DNA of 64,000 nucleotides from Escherichia phage EP75: sequence record MG748547; one strand, written 5' to 3'. A model generated the notes under the pieces. It worked only from the letters and a program-made list of their open reading frames with translations. It did no database searches and had not been told where the DNA came from. A program made the translations under genes and the position numbers. Positions within the stretch are counted from its first letter, which is position 1. The number at the start of each line of letters is the position of its first letter. Of this stretch, positions 26,659 to 36,759 are shown one piece after another.

Positions 26659-27186
26659 ATGATTGAAATATACACTGACGGGGCATCATCCCCTCAGAAG
26701 ACAAGAGCTGCTGGTTGGGCATTTGCCATCAGTCCAATCACTGGAGAGCAATGGAAAGTGTTTTATGGGTATTTACCCCCGCCGTCAACGAACAATATAG
26801 CTGAGTTACTCGGGGTTATAAACGCGATGAAGATCCTATGGAAATTCTCTAATTGTGGTGAACGCTGCATTCCCCCAGCCCGCATTATATCCGACAGCCA
26901 ATATGTTATCAATAGTGTTTTGGAGTGGCGTAGAAAATGGGAATATGAAGGGATGCCGCCTAAGAACACAGAACTTCTGCTCGAGTTGTTCGATTATTAT
27001 GACAAAGTTTGTTCAATTTGTGAACTTGAATTAAAATGGGTGAAAGGTCATGCAGGAACGATGGGCAACGAAATTGCGGATCAGTGGAGCGTTAGAGCCA
27101 AAGAAGATAGTTCAATGGTTCTTGAAAATAACCGTTTCTCGGTCAAGAAAGTCGTTGGTTCTTTCAATGAATTCATTGGTATTTGA
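26659..27186 (+). CDS. RNase HI (cellular type)
   Basis: IYTDGAS ... NNIAELLGVINAMK ... ISDSQYVIN ... WVKGHAGTMGNEIADQ match RNase H catalytic motifs. Confidence 0.8.
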   Translation: MIEIYTDGASSPQKTRAAGWAFAISPITGEQWKVFYGYLPPPSTNNIAELLGVINAMKILWKFSNCGERCIPPARIISDSQYVINSVLEWRRKWEYEGMPPKNTELLLELFDYYDKVCSICELELKWVKGHAGTMGNEIADQWSVRAKEDSSMVLENNRFSVKKVVGSFNEFIGI

Positions 27187-27197
27187 GGATTATCACG

Positions 27198-27968
27198 ATG
27201 GGTATGAATTTTATAGACAGGGGTGATAACGTCACCAAATATTTCACAGACGAAGATAATGACCGTGTTGTTGGAATATTGAGAGATTGGATTCCGGCTC
27301 GCAAAAAGGCTTTGGCCGAAGGAACACCCCTACCAAGAATCCCCAATTATGTGGCCATGAATGTTCAGATGATTATTAAGAACATGAGTATGCGCTACAA
27401 CTATCGTGATTATCCATACCGCGAAGACATGGTCAGTGAGGCCGTTGTCAACATCCTTCGTTACCTCCATACATTTGATGTCAGTCATATCGGCAAGAAA
27501 GGAAAAATCAATTTTTTCTCTTGGGTAACGATGTGCGCCGACCGTTCATTCGCCAAGAAACTCACCAGTGAAGAAGAACACAATTATATCAAGTTGCGTT
27601 CATTTGAAGAAGCAGGTGGGTTCGCTGCATTATCGGATGACCCAGACTTCCAACAACAAACCTTCGTTGATAGCACTGGGATAACGATGGACTTCCGTGA
27701 GCGTATCGGAAATTTTGAAACTAAGAAAGAAGCCCAGCGCGAAAAGGAACGCCAAAAGCAAATCGCCATCAAAGAAGAGGAAAAGAATAAGAAAATTCCT
27801 CGCGGTATACTTCAATGTCTTACGAAGAGTGAAAATACCATTACCGCTGACGCCGAAGATAATTCAGATAATGACTTCGGCTCTACTCAATTTAGTCTTG
27901 AAGATATAATGGACAGCCCCACATTGTTAGCCGAATCAGTTGGAGAAAAGAATAATGGCGATTGCTAA
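27198..27968 (+). CDS. 55: late sigma factor (gp55-like)
   Basis: Region RYNYRDYPYREDMVSEAVVNILRYLHTFD aligns with T4 gp55; followed by 47 and 46 as in T4; acidic C-terminal extension; alternative ATG at 27183. Confidence 0.7.
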   Translation: MGMNFIDRGDNVTKYFTDEDNDRVVGILRDWIPARKKALAEGTPLPRIPNYVAMNVQMIIKNMSMRYNYRDYPYREDMVSEAVVNILRYLHTFDVSHIGKKGKINFFSWVTMCADRSFAKKLTSEEEHNYIKLRSFEEAGGFAALSDDPDFQQQTFVDSTGITMDFRERIGNFETKKEAQREKERQKQIAIKEEEKNKKIPRGILQCLTKSENTITADAEDNSDNDFGSTQFSLEDIMDSPTLLAESVGEKNNGDC

Positions 27969-29070
27969 AATTGGCGATTTACACATCGGGAGCCGCAATG
28001 GTTCCCGTTACGTTCGTGAATTCATAAAGAATTATCTCATCAACTATTTTATTCCCGAATTGGTAGATGCAGACATTAAAGAAGTTTGGCAATTTGGTGA
28101 TACGTTTGATGTTCGCAAATTCATGTATGGGCGCGATAAAGATTGGTTGAAAGATGAATTAACGCCAGCCCTGAGAAAGGCGGGTATCAAATGGAATGGC
28201 ATCGTTGGAAACCATGATATCACCTTAGAAGAATCTAACCGTATCAACTGGCCATCCTATCTGAATGAATTAGCGCCAGACGTCTATCATTATTACAGTG
28301 AACCCACTGAAGTATTGATTGAAGGTGTCAAGACTCTCCTACTGCCGTGGATCAATAAAGAGAATTATGATGCATCTGTTAAAGCGATACAAGATACAGA
28401 CGCCAAGTACTGTTTTGCGCATCTGGAGTTGGCAGGGTTCAAAATGTACCAGTCCTCTGTATGTGATAAAGGTCAGATCGACGTGGCGCTCCTTTCCAAG
28501 TTCGAGCGCGTGGATACCGGACATTTCCATACCCGTTCGATGGAAGGTAACATTCAGTATATTGGGACTCCTTATCACCTTACCTGGGAAGACCATAAAG
28601 ACGGGACGAACCGAGGATTCTATGTAGACGACATGAATGGCGGGGAATTGTTTATCCCCAACAACGAACAACAAACGTTGTTCCGATTCATAGAATACGA
28701 CTACACCCAAATGTCTTCCGACATCGAAGGAAACTGGATTGACCCAGATTGGCTAAACAATGGTTTGGGTATTGAAGGGCAAATCGTTAAGGTGATTGTA
28801 CAGAACCGCGATAATGCCAAGCATTATGAAAAGTTCTGCGACGCATTGAAGCGCTGTAAATGCATCGATTACAACTTCATCGATCGGACGATTACTGTTG
28901 CTTCCGAGAAGGTAGAAGTCACTGAAGAGATGGTGGCTACTGATGCGGTGGAAGTCTTGAAGAAAGATATCCGCGCCGCCAATAATATCCAGCGCCCTGA
29001 AAATGTTTGCAAATTAGCAGAACAATTCTATAATGCTGCCCAACAACGCCTGAACACATTGGATGCATAA
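27955..29070 (+). CDS. 47: Mre11/SbcD-like recombination nuclease (gp47-like)
   Basis: Metallophosphatase motifs GDLH, GDTFD, GNHD; GGAG SD; start MAIAKIGDLH. Confidence 0.85.
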   Translation: MAIAKIGDLHIGSRNGSRYVREFIKNYLINYFIPELVDADIKEVWQFGDTFDVRKFMYGRDKDWLKDELTPALRKAGIKWNGIVGNHDITLEESNRINWPSYLNELAPDVYHYYSEPTEVLIEGVKTLLLPWINKENYDASVKAIQDTDAKYCFAHLELAGFKMYQSSVCDKGQIDVALLSKFERVDTGHFHTRSMEGNIQYIGTPYHLTWEDHKDGTNRGFYVDDMNGGELFIPNNEQQTLFRFIEYDYTQMSSDIEGNWIDPDWLNNGLGIEGQIVKVIVQNRDNAKHYEKFCDALKRCKCIDYNFIDRTITVASEKVEVTEEMVATDAVEVLKKDIRAANNIQRPENVCKLAEQFYNAAQQRLNTLDA

Positions 29071-29072
29071 TA

Positions 29073-31406
29073 ATGAGCAATGTAGACCTATTATCAAAAT
29101 TTGGTTCGCTGTTGAAAGAAGCGGACACTCCTGTTTCTGTTGAAGTACCATTTGAAATTCGTGGGGAAATTACCCACAAACTGACTTTCCATCGCGGTCG
29201 CGCTAAAAACTTCCGTTCTATCGGTAATGAATTCATGGAAATTGATTACCAACGCAATTCGGCAACCTTGGTTACATCCGATGACAATGGCGCTGGTAAA
29301 TCCACCATGCTTGTCTGGCTGCTGTTCTTCGTTCTGTACAACGACACGTACAGCAAGAAAGAGAAGAAAGCCGGATTGGTTAACTCTCAAAACAAAAAAG
29401 AATGCGTGGGTGAAGTTGAGTTCTCAACTCGCGGTAGTGAATGGAAAGTCCGTCGCGGTATCAAACCAGATTTTGTAGAAGTTTATCAGATGGTGGAAGG
29501 AGAGTGGAAGCAAGTCGTGAACGATGCGGCCAAAGCTGATATGAACAAGTACATCGTGAATCTCATCGGCGTGGACCAGAAGATGTTTGAGAACTCCCTG
29601 GTTCTAGGCAAAGAGAAGTTCATCCCATTCACGGAAATGTACACTGCCGACCGTCGCGCTATGGTAGAGACAATCTGGGATTTGGGGTTCTTCAGTCTGA
29701 TGAATGAAGATGTAAAAGCATCTATCAAGACAGTAACAAATGAACTCACGACGGTCACCAATGATTACGCCTTTCATGATGTAAATTTAAAAGGCCAGCA
29801 AGCGCAGTTGGAACAGATCAATAATTCCAATGCGATGATCCAGCAACAATCTGCTGATATCCTTGTCCAAGAGAAGGAACGTCTGAATAGTTTGAATTCA
29901 GATATCGGCGCAGTGCAGGAACAACTGACAGAGTCCCGTGCTCAAGACTCTAAATTGGAATCAGAATTATCAGAAGTCCGTAATCGCCTGAATGCCGAAA
30001 TGAAAGGGGATATCGATGCCATCAATGAAGAGTATGCGGCCAAAATCCAAGCAGTTCAGGATGAAGCCGATACCAAGGCTGAAGATTATGAACGCATAGA
30101 AGTATCCGACGGCGAAAGGTCGTTACAAGAAATCCGCGAAAGAATGGCGGTGGTCGCAGAACGCAAAAACGATCTGGTCAGCCAACGGAATGCTAATCTC
30201 GACGAACTGAATAAAGCGTTGGCGCGGCGTCAACAGGGAGAGAACTTCCGTTTCAAATTCGTCACAGAAATGGAAGGCCATGAATCTGCCATCAAACGTT
30301 TCCACGATATGGGCACTTGCCCTACGTGTACGCAATTAGTGTCGGACGATACCAAATCACGCATTGAAAGTCAATATTATCCACAAATCAGTGAACTGAC
30401 TGACAAGATTCTTCAGGTTGATACAGCCCTAGAAGAAGTGAATTCCCTGATTGAGAATTACAATGTCAGAGATTCAGAATTATCTTCTCAGATTTCGGTT
30501 ATTGACAAAGAACTGGATGCTTTGCGCAATGAAATCCGAGAAGCGGAATCAGCGATCGCGGCTTTAAAGCGCGATATCCAGGGGTTCTACGAGGTTGCGG
30601 CGGTTGAGAAAGCATCTTTACAGCGAGAACAACAATCTAAAGTTAATGATATCCTCAGAGCAGTAGATGTCCGTTATGAAGATATCACAACTTCTATTCG
30701 CCAAGCCCGTGATCAGCTCTCTAAGAGCATCAATGACACTGCTGATAAACTCACGAGCATGAAATCGCGTCGTGCTCCTCTGGAGGCATCTATTGCCGAT
30801 TTAGAACGTAAATTGGCTGTTAAGCCGACGCCTACCGATGCTCTCGAAGAAGAGATCACCCGCATCACGGAGTTAATGGATGGCTTGAACACAAGACGTG
30901 TGGAATTGGATGAAAAATTGCAAGATCTGAACCATCTGTTGTTCTTCCTGAAAGATGACCAGACCAAAGCGCGCATTATCAGTCTGTACTTGCCTTTCCT
31001 CAATAGCAAGATAAACGAGTATCTTGAAGCACTCAATATGTTCTTGGATATTGCGGTTGATGATACATTTGAAATCACTATGAGCGCTGCTGGTCGTAAA
31101 GGGCAAAGCATATTCTCCCTGTCTACAGGACAACGCAGCCGACTCAATCTGGCGGTGACATTAGCCCTGCGGGACGTCGCTAACCTGAAGGCGTCTGTAC
31201 AATGTAACCTCTTCGTGTTAGATGAGATACTCGAAAACATGAGTGAGCGTGGGGTTCAAGAATCCGTCGAGATGTTGAAACATAAATTTGGTGGGAACAA
31301 TCTGTTTGTCATCAGTCAGCGTGAACAGGAGTTCCAAGAATATTTCCAACATAACATTCGTTATGGTCTGCGTAATGGCATGACCGAAGTGATTAAGAAG
31401 GATTGA
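29073..31406 (+). CDS. 46: Rad50/SbcC-like recombination ATPase (gp46-like)
   Basis: 777 aa; Walker A DDNGAGKST, long central coiled coil with CPTC zinc hook, C-terminal signature and D-loop (FVLDE). Confidence 0.85.
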   Translation: MSNVDLLSKFGSLLKEADTPVSVEVPFEIRGEITHKLTFHRGRAKNFRSIGNEFMEIDYQRNSATLVTSDDNGAGKSTMLVWLLFFVLYNDTYSKKEKKAGLVNSQNKKECVGEVEFSTRGSEWKVRRGIKPDFVEVYQMVEGEWKQVVNDAAKADMNKYIVNLIGVDQKMFENSLVLGKEKFIPFTEMYTADRRAMVETIWDLGFFSLMNEDVKASIKTVTNELTTVTNDYAFHDVNLKGQQAQLEQINNSNAMIQQQSADILVQEKERLNSLNSDIGAVQEQLTESRAQDSKLESELSEVRNRLNAEMKGDIDAINEEYAAKIQAVQDEADTKAEDYERIEVSDGERSLQEIRERMAVVAERKNDLVSQRNANLDELNKALARRQQGENFRFKFVTEMEGHESAIKRFHDMGTCPTCTQLVSDDTKSRIESQYYPQISELTDKILQVDTALEEVNSLIENYNVRDSELSSQISVIDKELDALRNEIREAESAIAALKRDIQGFYEVAAVEKASLQREQQSKVNDILRAVDVRYEDITTSIRQARDQLSKSINDTADKLTSMKSRRAPLEASIADLERKLAVKPTPTDALEEEITRITELMDGLNTRRVELDEKLQDLNHLLFFLKDDQTKARIISLYLPFLNSKINEYLEALNMFLDIAVDDTFEITMSAAGRKGQSIFSLSTGQRSRLNLAVTLALRDVANLKASVQCNLFVLDEILENMSERGVQESVEMLKHKFGGNNLFVISQREQEFQEYFQHNIRYGLRNGMTEVIKKD

Positions 31407-31408
31407 TC

Positions 31409-31570
31409 ATGACTAATGTTCTGATTGCCACCGTTTTTCTAATTGCTTCTATAACCACGTTCATCTTAGGTTACAGGCGTGTATTTCAGGCTGATATTAT
31501 CACTGGCCTGATGTATATCGCGCTGGGTTCATTTCTGGCGTTCGGCTTCTCTGGGTTTACGTTAGAATGA
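31409..31570 (+). CDS. small hydrophobic membrane protein
   Basis: 53-aa ORF not in supplied track; MTNVLIATVFLIASITTFILG; ATGA coupling on both sides. Confidence 0.3.
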   Translation: MTNVLIATVFLIASITTFILGYRRVFQADIITGLMYIALGSFLAFGFSGFTLE

Positions 31571-31902
31571 AAGTTGTCCACTTCAAGAAGGAGCCATACG
31601 ACGTCTACATTGGTCGCCCTGGTAAATGGGGAAACCCGTTCGAGGTCAAAGACCACGGGCGGGGAAACTGTATTGAGTTGTTTGAAGACGACTTGTATGT
31701 GCGCCTGATTGAAGGGGATATCGCCGAAGATGAACTCCTTGAATTAGATGGAAAGACCTTGGGATGCTGGTGTAAGCCGCGCCCATGTCATGGAGATGTT
31801 TATGTCAAAGTGATCGGTCGTATTAAACTATTCCGTAAGTTGGGTAAATCTTTTACTGAATATTTGAGACAAACATATGCGAAAAGTTCTTGTAAAACTT
31901 GA
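31567..31902 (+). CDS. DUF4326-like protein
   Basis: YIGRPGKWGNPF ... GCWCKPRPCHGDV matches the conserved pattern of the phage DUF4326 family. Confidence 0.5.
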   Translation: MKVVHFKKEPYDVYIGRPGKWGNPFEVKDHGRGNCIELFEDDLYVRLIEGDIAEDELLELDGKTLGCWCKPRPCHGDVYVKVIGRIKLFRKLGKSFTEYLRQTYAKSSCKT

Positions 31903-32245
31903 TTGCCATCCATATTTCCCAGACATTTGGTTCACTAACAGTCGCATACTCTTTTTACAACAATTATCTAAAATAAGGGATGAAGGTATCATACATGATT
32001 TAGAAGATACTATCGGTATGGTTAGTTCCGATGAAAGTCGTGGAAAGATGGTGGTCGGAGTATTCATTTCAGATTCAGGTGTGTTGGTACATGAACTGAG
32101 CCATGCGGTAATAAACATATTTGAAGCCGTCAATATGGTAGCTAACACTCACACCACGGAAGCATTTGCCTACCTGTTAGAGAGTCTGTATAACCAATGT
32201 AATCACCATCTGAACTTATGGAGTTCTTTTGATGAGCCGAGATGA
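31877..32245 (+). CDS. hypothetical protein with HExxH motif
   Basis: VLVHELSHAV zinc-metallopeptidase-like motif; start overlaps previous gene by 26 nt, start uncertain. Confidence 0.3.
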   Translation: MRKVLVKLDCHPYFPDIWFTNSRILFLQQLSKIRDEGIIHDLEDTIGMVSSDESRGKMVVGVFISDSGVLVHELSHAVINIFEAVNMVANTHTTEAFAYLLESLYNQCNHHLNLWSSFDEPR

Positions 32246-32510
32246 AATTCAGATTGCTTGCGATATCGCTGTCGAGTTATGGAATCAGCGAAACAAACAT
32301 TATCAGGTGACGTTGACACCAAAACGTTACCTAGAGCAAGGTGGGTTGATCGTTGTTGACGCCGTCTTGGGTTTCAACAAGTACACAGATATGCAAATCC
32401 TCCAAGGGGATTTCATAGTGGCATCAAAATCAGCTTGGGATGATCCTATGGAATTTGTCTACGGTTGGTTGGAATGCATCGAGGAATCATACCATCTGAT
32501 CTACGAATAA
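32229..32510 (+). CDS. hypothetical small protein
   Basis: 93-aa ORF. Confidence 0.35.
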   Translation: MMSRDEIQIACDIAVELWNQRNKHYQVTLTPKRYLEQGGLIVVDAVLGFNKYTDMQILQGDFIVASKSAWDDPMEFVYGWLECIEESYHLIYE

Positions 32511-32514
32511 GGTG

Positions 32515-32548
32515 AAGGGCACTAAATATCACGTGCCCTTTATCTTTT
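32515..32548 (+). terminator. intrinsic terminator
   Basis: AAGGGCAC...GTGCCCTT hairpin followed by TATCTTTT. Confidence 0.55.
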
Positions 32549-32606
32549 AACCCTGTCAGGAGGCTCCAGCGAGCTGCAAGTCGACAAACACATAAGGAAC
32601 GCCATC

Positions 32607-33224
32607 ATGACGATGACAACGTTGAAGGCCATGGCCTTGTCCGTGACCTTTACCATTGCCAGCGGGAGTGTGCACGCTTCCCAAAGTACCACCCAATGTG
32701 ATTATGAGTTTTCTGATCAACAACTTTCAACCATGGCCACAGCCTATCACGTGGGCAAACAACAAGACCTTGGTTTCACCCTCGCCGCAATATCATGGAG
32801 GGAAAGCCGCGCCGGAGAAGATGTTGTATCCATGCGGAATAACCTGAAATCGGCTAATATGGGGGCATTTCAAAATCGCGTCCAAACCGTCGGGAAACGG
32901 GAGGGATGCAAAACACAGAAGTGTTACGCCAATGTTGCGATCAAATTACTGGTCAATCAAGAATATGCTGCCAATGCTGCCCTTGATGAAATGAATTTCT
33001 GGCTAGAATATCATAACCAAAACATCCGCAAATCCCTTTCCTCTTACAATGCTGGGTTCAATCGTAACCAGAAATCCAATTCTTATGCAGCCGACGTCGT
33101 GAAGAAGGCTAAATATCTTCAACGATGTGTGTCTTTCAAAGGCATGGCAATAAACCCAAAGGTCGACCCAGGAGTGATCGCCATGAATAAGCGCACGATT
33201 GAGAAACTCAAGAGGACCAGATAA
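32607..33224 (+). CDS. secreted lytic-transglycosylase-like (SLT) protein
   Basis: Signal peptide; ISWRESRAGEDV (catalytic Glu-Ser), GAFQ and SYNAG resemble SLT-domain ES / GLMQ / AYNAG motifs. Confidence 0.45.
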   Translation: MTMTTLKAMALSVTFTIASGSVHASQSTTQCDYEFSDQQLSTMATAYHVGKQQDLGFTLAAISWRESRAGEDVVSMRNNLKSANMGAFQNRVQTVGKREGCKTQKCYANVAIKLLVNQEYAANAALDEMNFWLEYHNQNIRKSLSSYNAGFNRNQKSNSYAADVVKKAKYLQRCVSFKGMAINPKVDPGVIAMNKRTIEKLKRTR

Positions 33225-33862
33225 TGAATATCACTCCATCTCAGACCGGATATGAACACATAATGGTATTTCTGGCTATTCAGGGCGCGAAGGAAGGGAT
33301 CATTACTTCAGAATATTCCGGTACAATGCGCCTTGCGGATTATGTCGCGCCTGAAGCATTCATCAAGAAATGCATTGACGCTTGGTGCCTTTATGCGCTC
33401 GGCACGTATCCATCACCTCCTGCTGGTGAGTTATTGTTTGCCATACCGACTCCGGCAACTGGTGACACAGACGCGATATTCGCTGATATGCTGTCAAAGG
33501 GTTATCTGACATATGACAGTGCTCACGGCGTGTATGATTTTTCTGCGCTGAATCGTATCTTCGGATTCACCATAACTTCTGAAGCCAATATTCCTGATTA
33601 TGGAATACTAGCATGGGGCGTCGACGGTTTGGGGGCAACATATGCATCTTCGGATGTCGGTCCTGTGTTGATAGACCCAGGGGTGACGATGGAGCAATAC
33701 ATGTCACAATTCCCTCAACATAATGTAACCGGAAGCGATATCATTATTGTCTATCCTGGTTCTAACGCGTTGTCCCGCCTGGTGGACGGCTGGAAGCCTC
33801 AGCTGAAGGACATTGTCTCTGGAATCAGGTTCCATATTCCCGTTGTCAATCCAACACCTTAA
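33224..33862 (+). CDS. hypothetical protein
   Basis: 212-aa ORF, TAATG overlap with upstream gene. Confidence 0.45.
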   Translation: MNITPSQTGYEHIMVFLAIQGAKEGIITSEYSGTMRLADYVAPEAFIKKCIDAWCLYALGTYPSPPAGELLFAIPTPATGDTDAIFADMLSKGYLTYDSAHGVYDFSALNRIFGFTITSEANIPDYGILAWGVDGLGATYASSDVGPVLIDPGVTMEQYMSQFPQHNVTGSDIIIVYPGSNALSRLVDGWKPQLKDIVSGIRFHIPVVNPTP

Positions 33863-33874
33863 AATATTCAATAA

Positions 33875-33897
33875 AAGGGGCAAAAGCCCCTTTACTT
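33875..33897 (+). terminator. intrinsic terminator
   Basis: GGGGC-AAAA-GCCCC hairpin followed by TTTACTTCTT. Confidence 0.55.
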
Positions 33898-33918
33898 CTT
33901 CAATAACCCACGTATAAT
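33891..33918 (+). promoter_or_regulatory. T4-type early (sigma70-like) promoter
   Basis: -35 TTTACT (33891..33896), 16-nt spacer, -10 TATAAT (33913..33918); -35 overlaps the terminator U-tract. Confidence 0.6.
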
Positions 33919-33952
33919 TCTAAACATAAGCAGTACGACACCAACTTGAAAA

Positions 33953-33970
33953 GCAGGAACTACATTATGA
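33953..33970 (+). repeat. conserved translation-initiation repeat (copy 2 of 3)
   Basis: GCAGGAACTACATTATGA, 2 mismatches to copies 1 and 3. Confidence 0.6.
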
Positions 33971-34242
33971 AAATCATCCTCGACGCATATATCCGTTACG
34001 GCAGCAAATGGTTGATGGCCAAAGTTTACGACGGTGAAGAATTAGTCCACGCCCAAACCGCCCCTTCTGAACAATTGCGTGAAATTATGAAACGCGATTT
34101 TCCTACTGTTGAAATGATTGAACCTGCCAACCAAACCGAAGTTGACAAAGAATGGGAACGCGAATGGAGTCCGGCGGCGTTGGCACAATTTGATAAGAAT
34201 TACAACAATCGCCAAAACGCGTCTCGCCCGTTCCGTCGTTAA
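33967..34242 (+). CDS. hypothetical small early protein
   Basis: 91 aa; start within conserved initiation repeat GCAGGAACTACATTATGA. Confidence 0.4.
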   Translation: MKIILDAYIRYGSKWLMAKVYDGEELVHAQTAPSEQLREIMKRDFPTVEMIEPANQTEVDKEWEREWSPAALAQFDKNYNNRQNASRPFRR

Positions 34243-34320
34243 GAATAAAGGGGTGTTAGCATCCCTTTCTTTTCGCTAATTAAGGGAAACCGCACCGATT
34301 TTATAATCAGGAGAATTACA

Positions 34321-36708
34321 ATGGCCATCCCATCTTTCTTGAACTTTCTTGAAGAGTCTAAACAATTAGACGAAGCGTTTAACTCATCCCCGTATGAATT
34401 GACATTCGGTAAGAAGAACGCTGGTGACATTTTCTTCACATTTGTTGATGAAGACGAAAAAGAATTCCGCATCCAATTTTATACCCCGCAGGGGCTGGGC
34501 AAGAACGTTCGTCAGGTCTTCATAGGCCAGAAACGTGGTTCGACCTATCCAGACGCAATCGGTCGTTTCAAAAACCCAATGCGTGTCATCGCATCCATGA
34601 TCGAAGCAACAAAGCAATTCATGGCGACGCCTTTGGGGAAAACCATTGACGGCTTTGCAATTAACTTCTCCAAGAAAGCATTGGAACGTGGTGTTACCCT
34701 CCTGCCGAAGATCATCCGTCAGTCCGGCCTGAAGCAGAAGCTCAATGTCATGGACCTGACGTATACCCCTATCCCTGATCGTGCATTCGTATGGGTTGTG
34801 CGTAAAGGTAAGGATCCTGCTCAGGTATTCGATGGTCCGAAAATGAAAGGCGTGACTTGGGACGACCCAGACAAAGTCGGCGACGTTCCTGACCAGGCTG
34901 CTCGTGACGCCGCACTACAAGGTGACATAGATGATTTGAGCCAAGCCATAAATGCCGATTCTCGCTGGATTCTGACCAAGGCTGATCATACTCAGCCTAT
35001 GCTGGTCTGGTCTGGTAAAGAACGTGGGCGGACTATTACCGCCAATATCGCACCTCACGCGAATGAACCTGGTGTGTATGCTGGTAGTATCATGAACGAG
35101 AAACGGATCCGCGCTCAATCCCCAGACGCTATTGTACGCCAACTGGGATTACCGCAGATCCCTGTGAATATTCTGAATGATTTCACCAAGCAGTCGTCCA
35201 TCTTCTGGAAAGAGATGACGGGAGATTCTGGAAAAATAGACATGCAGACTTTGCCAAAAACAGGATCTGTGGATGACTTACGAAATCAGGGTTATATTGC
35301 TCGCCTTCTGGGGATTGTAGACACATATGCTCCACAACAGGTCGGTATGTATGCAGGTGAAAAACTAACACGAATCGGCGCGGGCAAATATCGTACTTCG
35401 GGTGGTCTGGACATTCAGGTTTATTTCTGGGGAATTGTCAACGGAAAACTTTCTGTAGAAGTAGTATCAGATTTGTCTGGTCATTACCAACTTATGCTGG
35501 AAGGAGACGTGAAAAACGCCGCTTATGAAATAGTGGGCGCAATCTCCCGTGCAGCCGATTCTCAATTTGCGGGAGAAGTAGAATGCCGTGTGGTTCCTAT
35601 CAATGGTGCCCCATATCCGATTCAAAAAATTTCCCGTTCTCAGGGATATTCTTACGTTGATTGTGGTTCTTTCACATTGAAGATCGCTGACGCTCTGCTG
35701 AATCGGTTTACCTTGGGCAAGGCGGTCAAACTTGATCTGATGAAAGAGTTTCCTCGTACAACATTCAAAGTCCGCTATGATTGGCGTGGAAAAGATACTC
35801 TGTTGGTTCAATCTTCCGACGAGCGTACTATCTTTGGTGAAATCAACACCAATTCCAGTGAAAATGCAGTGATCACTGCAAACATCAAAGTACCAAGCAA
35901 CGCTAAATTTTTTGGTGAAACCGTTCATGGCTTCTCTGTAGCGTGGGATTTCCAGTTCCCTGCTGGTAGCAAGTTGCAAGCCGCAAGATTCGTTACCAAC
36001 GTAACTTACGATTTTGATCGAAATAAAGCCAACATCACCACCATGTTGACTGAAAATGGTCGAAATGTGGTAGACAGCAATGGATATGATATTTCGTTGT
36101 CTGTCAAATCAGTGCAAGATGCATTGGATGAGATTTCTCGACGCCTGAAAGACGCGGCTTCGCAACTGAGCCATCTCAGTTCATCAAACTATAACCCTAA
36201 CAATCTGTTCCTGAATGACATCACTGTCAGTAAATTTGGCGCGATTATGTTCCAAGACAAAGATTTGGCACAGTCCAGGAACCGCACGGCAGTCATTGAT
36301 GCTTTGGCTCGGGCTAAAGATCAGGCTGCTGGAGGTAAGAATGCAGGTGATCTGGCCACCTATGCCGAATCCATTCGTGACAGCGCTCCTAATGGACGAG
36401 ATCTGGATTGGCAGGTATACACAGCCAGTAATGGTACAGTTCTGAATGTTGCTTGGGATATCACTTTCCGTCGCAATACGACCGAAGGAGCATATCGTGA
36501 ATTCAAGGATCAGATCAACCGTGCCAACCAATACCTGCAAACGGTATACAACGACGCGAAATCTAAAGGCTATAATCCTACCGAGCCAAATCTCATGACT
36601 CTTGAACGCGCTCGCCAATCCGACGAATGGGCTATGAGTAATGGTGATAGTGCATACAGTGAATATGAACAATCGCTGGGTGGTAATCTTCAGATTAGTC
36701 TGAAATAA
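34321..36708 (+). CDS. large internal-head-protein-like protein (795 aa)
   Basis: N-terminus MAIPSFLNFLEESKQLDEA resembles a T4 capsid-targeting sequence with LxE cleavage motif; first of three consecutive genes with such N-termini. Confidence 0.45.
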   Translation: MAIPSFLNFLEESKQLDEAFNSSPYELTFGKKNAGDIFFTFVDEDEKEFRIQFYTPQGLGKNVRQVFIGQKRGSTYPDAIGRFKNPMRVIASMIEATKQFMATPLGKTIDGFAINFSKKALERGVTLLPKIIRQSGLKQKLNVMDLTYTPIPDRAFVWVVRKGKDPAQVFDGPKMKGVTWDDPDKVGDVPDQAARDAALQGDIDDLSQAINADSRWILTKADHTQPMLVWSGKERGRTITANIAPHANEPGVYAGSIMNEKRIRAQSPDAIVRQLGLPQIPVNILNDFTKQSSIFWKEMTGDSGKIDMQTLPKTGSVDDLRNQGYIARLLGIVDTYAPQQVGMYAGEKLTRIGAGKYRTSGGLDIQVYFWGIVNGKLSVEVVSDLSGHYQLMLEGDVKNAAYEIVGAISRAADSQFAGEVECRVVPINGAPYPIQKISRSQGYSYVDCGSFTLKIADALLNRFTLGKAVKLDLMKEFPRTTFKVRYDWRGKDTLLVQSSDERTIFGEINTNSSENAVITANIKVPSNAKFFGETVHGFSVAWDFQFPAGSKLQAARFVTNVTYDFDRNKANITTMLTENGRNVVDSNGYDISLSVKSVQDALDEISRRLKDAASQLSHLSSSNYNPNNLFLNDITVSKFGAIMFQDKDLAQSRNRTAVIDALARAKDQAAGGKNAGDLATYAESIRDSAPNGRDLDWQVYTASNGTVLNVAWDITFRRNTTEGAYREFKDQINRANQYLQTVYNDAKSKGYNPTEPNLMTLERARQSDEWAMSNGDSAYSEYEQSLGGNLQISLK

Positions 36709-36759
36709 GTCATAGCCCCTTCGGGGGCTAAATACATCAAAATCCTTAGGAGATCCACG

